A DNA stretch of 64,000 bases, taken from assembly GCA_964416715.1 (NCBI GenBank), contig CAYQFJ010000002.1, positions 15,523-79,522 of the forward strand. The letters are read 5' to 3'. The translations under genes were made by a program, and so were the position numbers. How positions within the stretch are numbered: position 1 is the first letter of the stretch; every line of letters begins with the position of its first letter. Source of the DNA: an uncultured Actinotalea sp. GTDB taxonomy: Bacteria > Actinomycetota > Actinomycetes > Actinomycetales > Cellulomonadaceae. The notes beneath the pieces are model-generated. The model was not told the DNA's origin. It ran no database searches and worked only from the letters and a program-made list of their open reading frames with translations. Below are positions 62,431-64,000 of this stretch, piece by piece.

Positions 62431-64000
62431 TTGAGTCGACAGGTGAAGCGCGGTCTGGCCGTGTCGGACGACCTCGTGCTGCCCGTCGAGGCCGTCACAG
62501 AGACCTTCGCGATCCTCGGGAAGCGCGGTGCGGGCAAAACTACTGCGGCCCGGGTGCTGACCGAAGAGCTCCTGGACGCGGGCCTCCCGGTGGTGGTGAT
62601 CGACCCGACCGGGGTGTGGTGGGGGCTGCGGTCATCTGCCGATGGAAGCTCCGCCGGGCAGCAGGTCGTCATCTTCGGAGGCGACCACGCCGACGTCCCC
62701 CTGGAGGAGACCGCCGGTCACGTCATCGCCGAGGCGATCATCGACACCAGGGTCCCGGCAGTCCTGGACCTGTCCCACCTGTCGAAGTCCGCCGGCCGCC
62801 GCCTGGTCACCGACTTCCTCGAGCGGTTGTACCACCGCAACCGTGAGCCGATGCACGTGGTGATCGACGAGGCCGACCTGTTCGCACCACAGCGCACCGT
62901 GCAGGGCGGCGAGCGGTGCCTCGGTGCGATGAACGACCTCGCGCGGCGTGGACGCGTCCGCGGGCTCGGGGTCACGCTGATCTCGCAGCGGCCGGCGGTC
63001 CTGAACAAGGACGTCCTGACCCAGGCCGAGGTCCTCATCGCCCTGCGGCTGATCGGTGCACGTGACCGGGCCGCGATCGACGAGTGGATCGAAGCCCAGG
63101 CCGACCAGACCGACGTCCGTGAAGTCATCTCGTCGCTGCCCTCCTTGCCGGTGGGCACCGCGTGGGTGTGGTCTCCCGGCTGGCTGGAGACCTTGGCGAA
63201 GGTCCAGATCCGTCGCCCGCGCACGTTCGACTCGTCGGCCACCCCGAAGGCCGGCCAGGTGGTGCGCACCCCGAAGCAGATGGCCCAGGTCGACCTGGAC
63301 ACGCTCCGTGAGCACATCGCCGCCACCGTCGAGAAGGCCAAGGCCGACAACCCGGCCGAGCTGCGTCGCCGCCTGGCCGCGCTCCAGGCCGAGCTCGACG
63401 CCGCACGCCGCACCGCCGCGAGCCCGGCCCCCGCGCCTCCACCGCAGGTGGTTGAGGTCCCCGTGCTCACCGACGTAGCCCTCGCCGAGCTGACCGAGCT
63501 GTCCGAACAGGCAACGGCGTGGGCCAGCCAGGCTGTCGAGGCTGCGCAGACCCTGGCGACGCGTGTACGGGAAGCCGCCATGGCCGCGCGTCCCCAAACT
63601 GTCACCTCGGCCCCACGGCCCGCCCCCGCACGGGCCGTCACGCGACCTGCTGCCCCTTCCTCTGCGCCAGCAGGCACAGGAGGGTTGTCGAAGGCGGAGC
63701 GGGCGATCCTGTCCGTCCTGGCACAGCACGGCACCCGCAGCACCACCCAGGTCGCGCTGCTGACCGCGTACTCGCACAAGTCCGGCGGGTACCGCAACGC
63801 ACTGTCGAAGCTGCGGACGGCCGGATACATCGAAGGTCGTGGGGACATCACGGCCACCCCCGCCGGCCTGACGGCCCTGGGTGGGTTCGAACCGCTGCCG
63901 ACCGGTGCCGAACTGCGCCGATGGTGGGGCGAGAAGCACCTGGGCAAGGCGGAGCGGGCGATCCTCGACGTCCTGGCCCGTGCGTACCCCTACCCGGTGG
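62431..64000 (+). CDS. HerA/FtsK-like (DUF87) ATPase, runs off the window end (absent from the ORF track)
   Basis: Read directly from the DNA: GGAGGT RBS + TTG; AILGKRGAGKT, VVIDPTG, VVIDEADLFAPQ, GRVRGLGVTLISQRPA. Confidence 0.85.
   Translation, partial: MSRQVKRGLAVSDDLVLPVEAVTETFAILGKRGAGKTTAARVLTEELLDAGLPVVVIDPTGVWWGLRSSADGSSAGQQVVIFGGDHADVPLEETAGHVIAEAIIDTRVPAVLDLSHLSKSAGRRLVTDFLERLYHRNREPMHVVIDEADLFAPQRTVQGGERCLGAMNDLARRGRVRGLGVTLISQRPAVLNKDVLTQAEVLIALRLIGARDRAAIDEWIEAQADQTDVREVISSLPSLPVGTAWVWSPGWLETLAKVQIRRPRTFDSSATPKAGQVVRTPKQMAQVDLDTLREHIAATVEKAKADNPAELRRRLAALQAELDAARRTAASPAPAPPPQVVEVPVLTDVALAELTELSEQATAWASQAVEAAQTLATRVREAAMAARPQTVTSAPRPAPARAVTRPAAPSSAPAGTGGLSKAERAILSVLAQHGTRSTTQVALLTAYSHKSGGYRNALSKLRTAGYIEGRGDITATPAGLTALGGFEPLPTGAELRRWWGEKHLGKAERAILDVLARAYPYPV

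Noticed and set aside
62330-62434. Cys/His-rich 34-aa ORF (VHAIDCRCHCCH...)
   Set aside because: Too short to support from sequence alone, although it overlaps the ATPase start; not called.
62632-63947. Two long minus-strand ORFs at the window end
   Set aside because: Shadows of the plus-strand HerA-like ATPase.
1-64000. Prophage interpretation
   Set aside because: Several phage-like cargo genes are present, but no terminase, portal, capsid or tail-assembly genes are recognisable here; it cannot be excluded for the wider replicon.

Overview
High-GC actinobacterial-type accessory DNA, most likely part of a large plasmid or integrative element. No rRNA, tRNA, CRISPR array, relaxase, Rep or phage structural core is recognisable. 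It has three layers. (1) A near-complete monoderm type IV pilus locus at about 7.7-38.8 kb: three pilins, three large pilin-like adhesins, pilB/pilT/pilC and pilM plus N/O-like genes, with a class A PBP, a CPBP protease and an ABC transporter interleaved. A 24-bp imperfect palindrome (GTGTATGTCAG-N2-TGTACATACAC) marks its intergenic regions. (2) A FliA/WhiG-family sigma factor gene and 22 intergenic copies of CCGCACAT, 17 of them exactly 9 nt before the start codon of a gene with no Shine-Dalgarno sequence. This suggests an element-specific, largely leaderless regulon. (3) A family of otherwise unrelated proteins sharing a ~25-aa tag, RQPxGxPxGGQFAxxxRxEPxxxL: eight at N-termini and one at the extreme C-terminus of a HipA kinase. 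All eight N-terminally tagged genes use the CCCGCACAT variant, while untagged genes use TGCCGCACAT. Cargo includes HipBA, a serine recombinase, HAD/HD/metallophosphoesterase genes, an SF2 helicase, a NADAR-SLOG fusion, an ATP-grasp protein and a HerA-like ATPase. Protein calls rest on motif recognition by eye; no database search was run.
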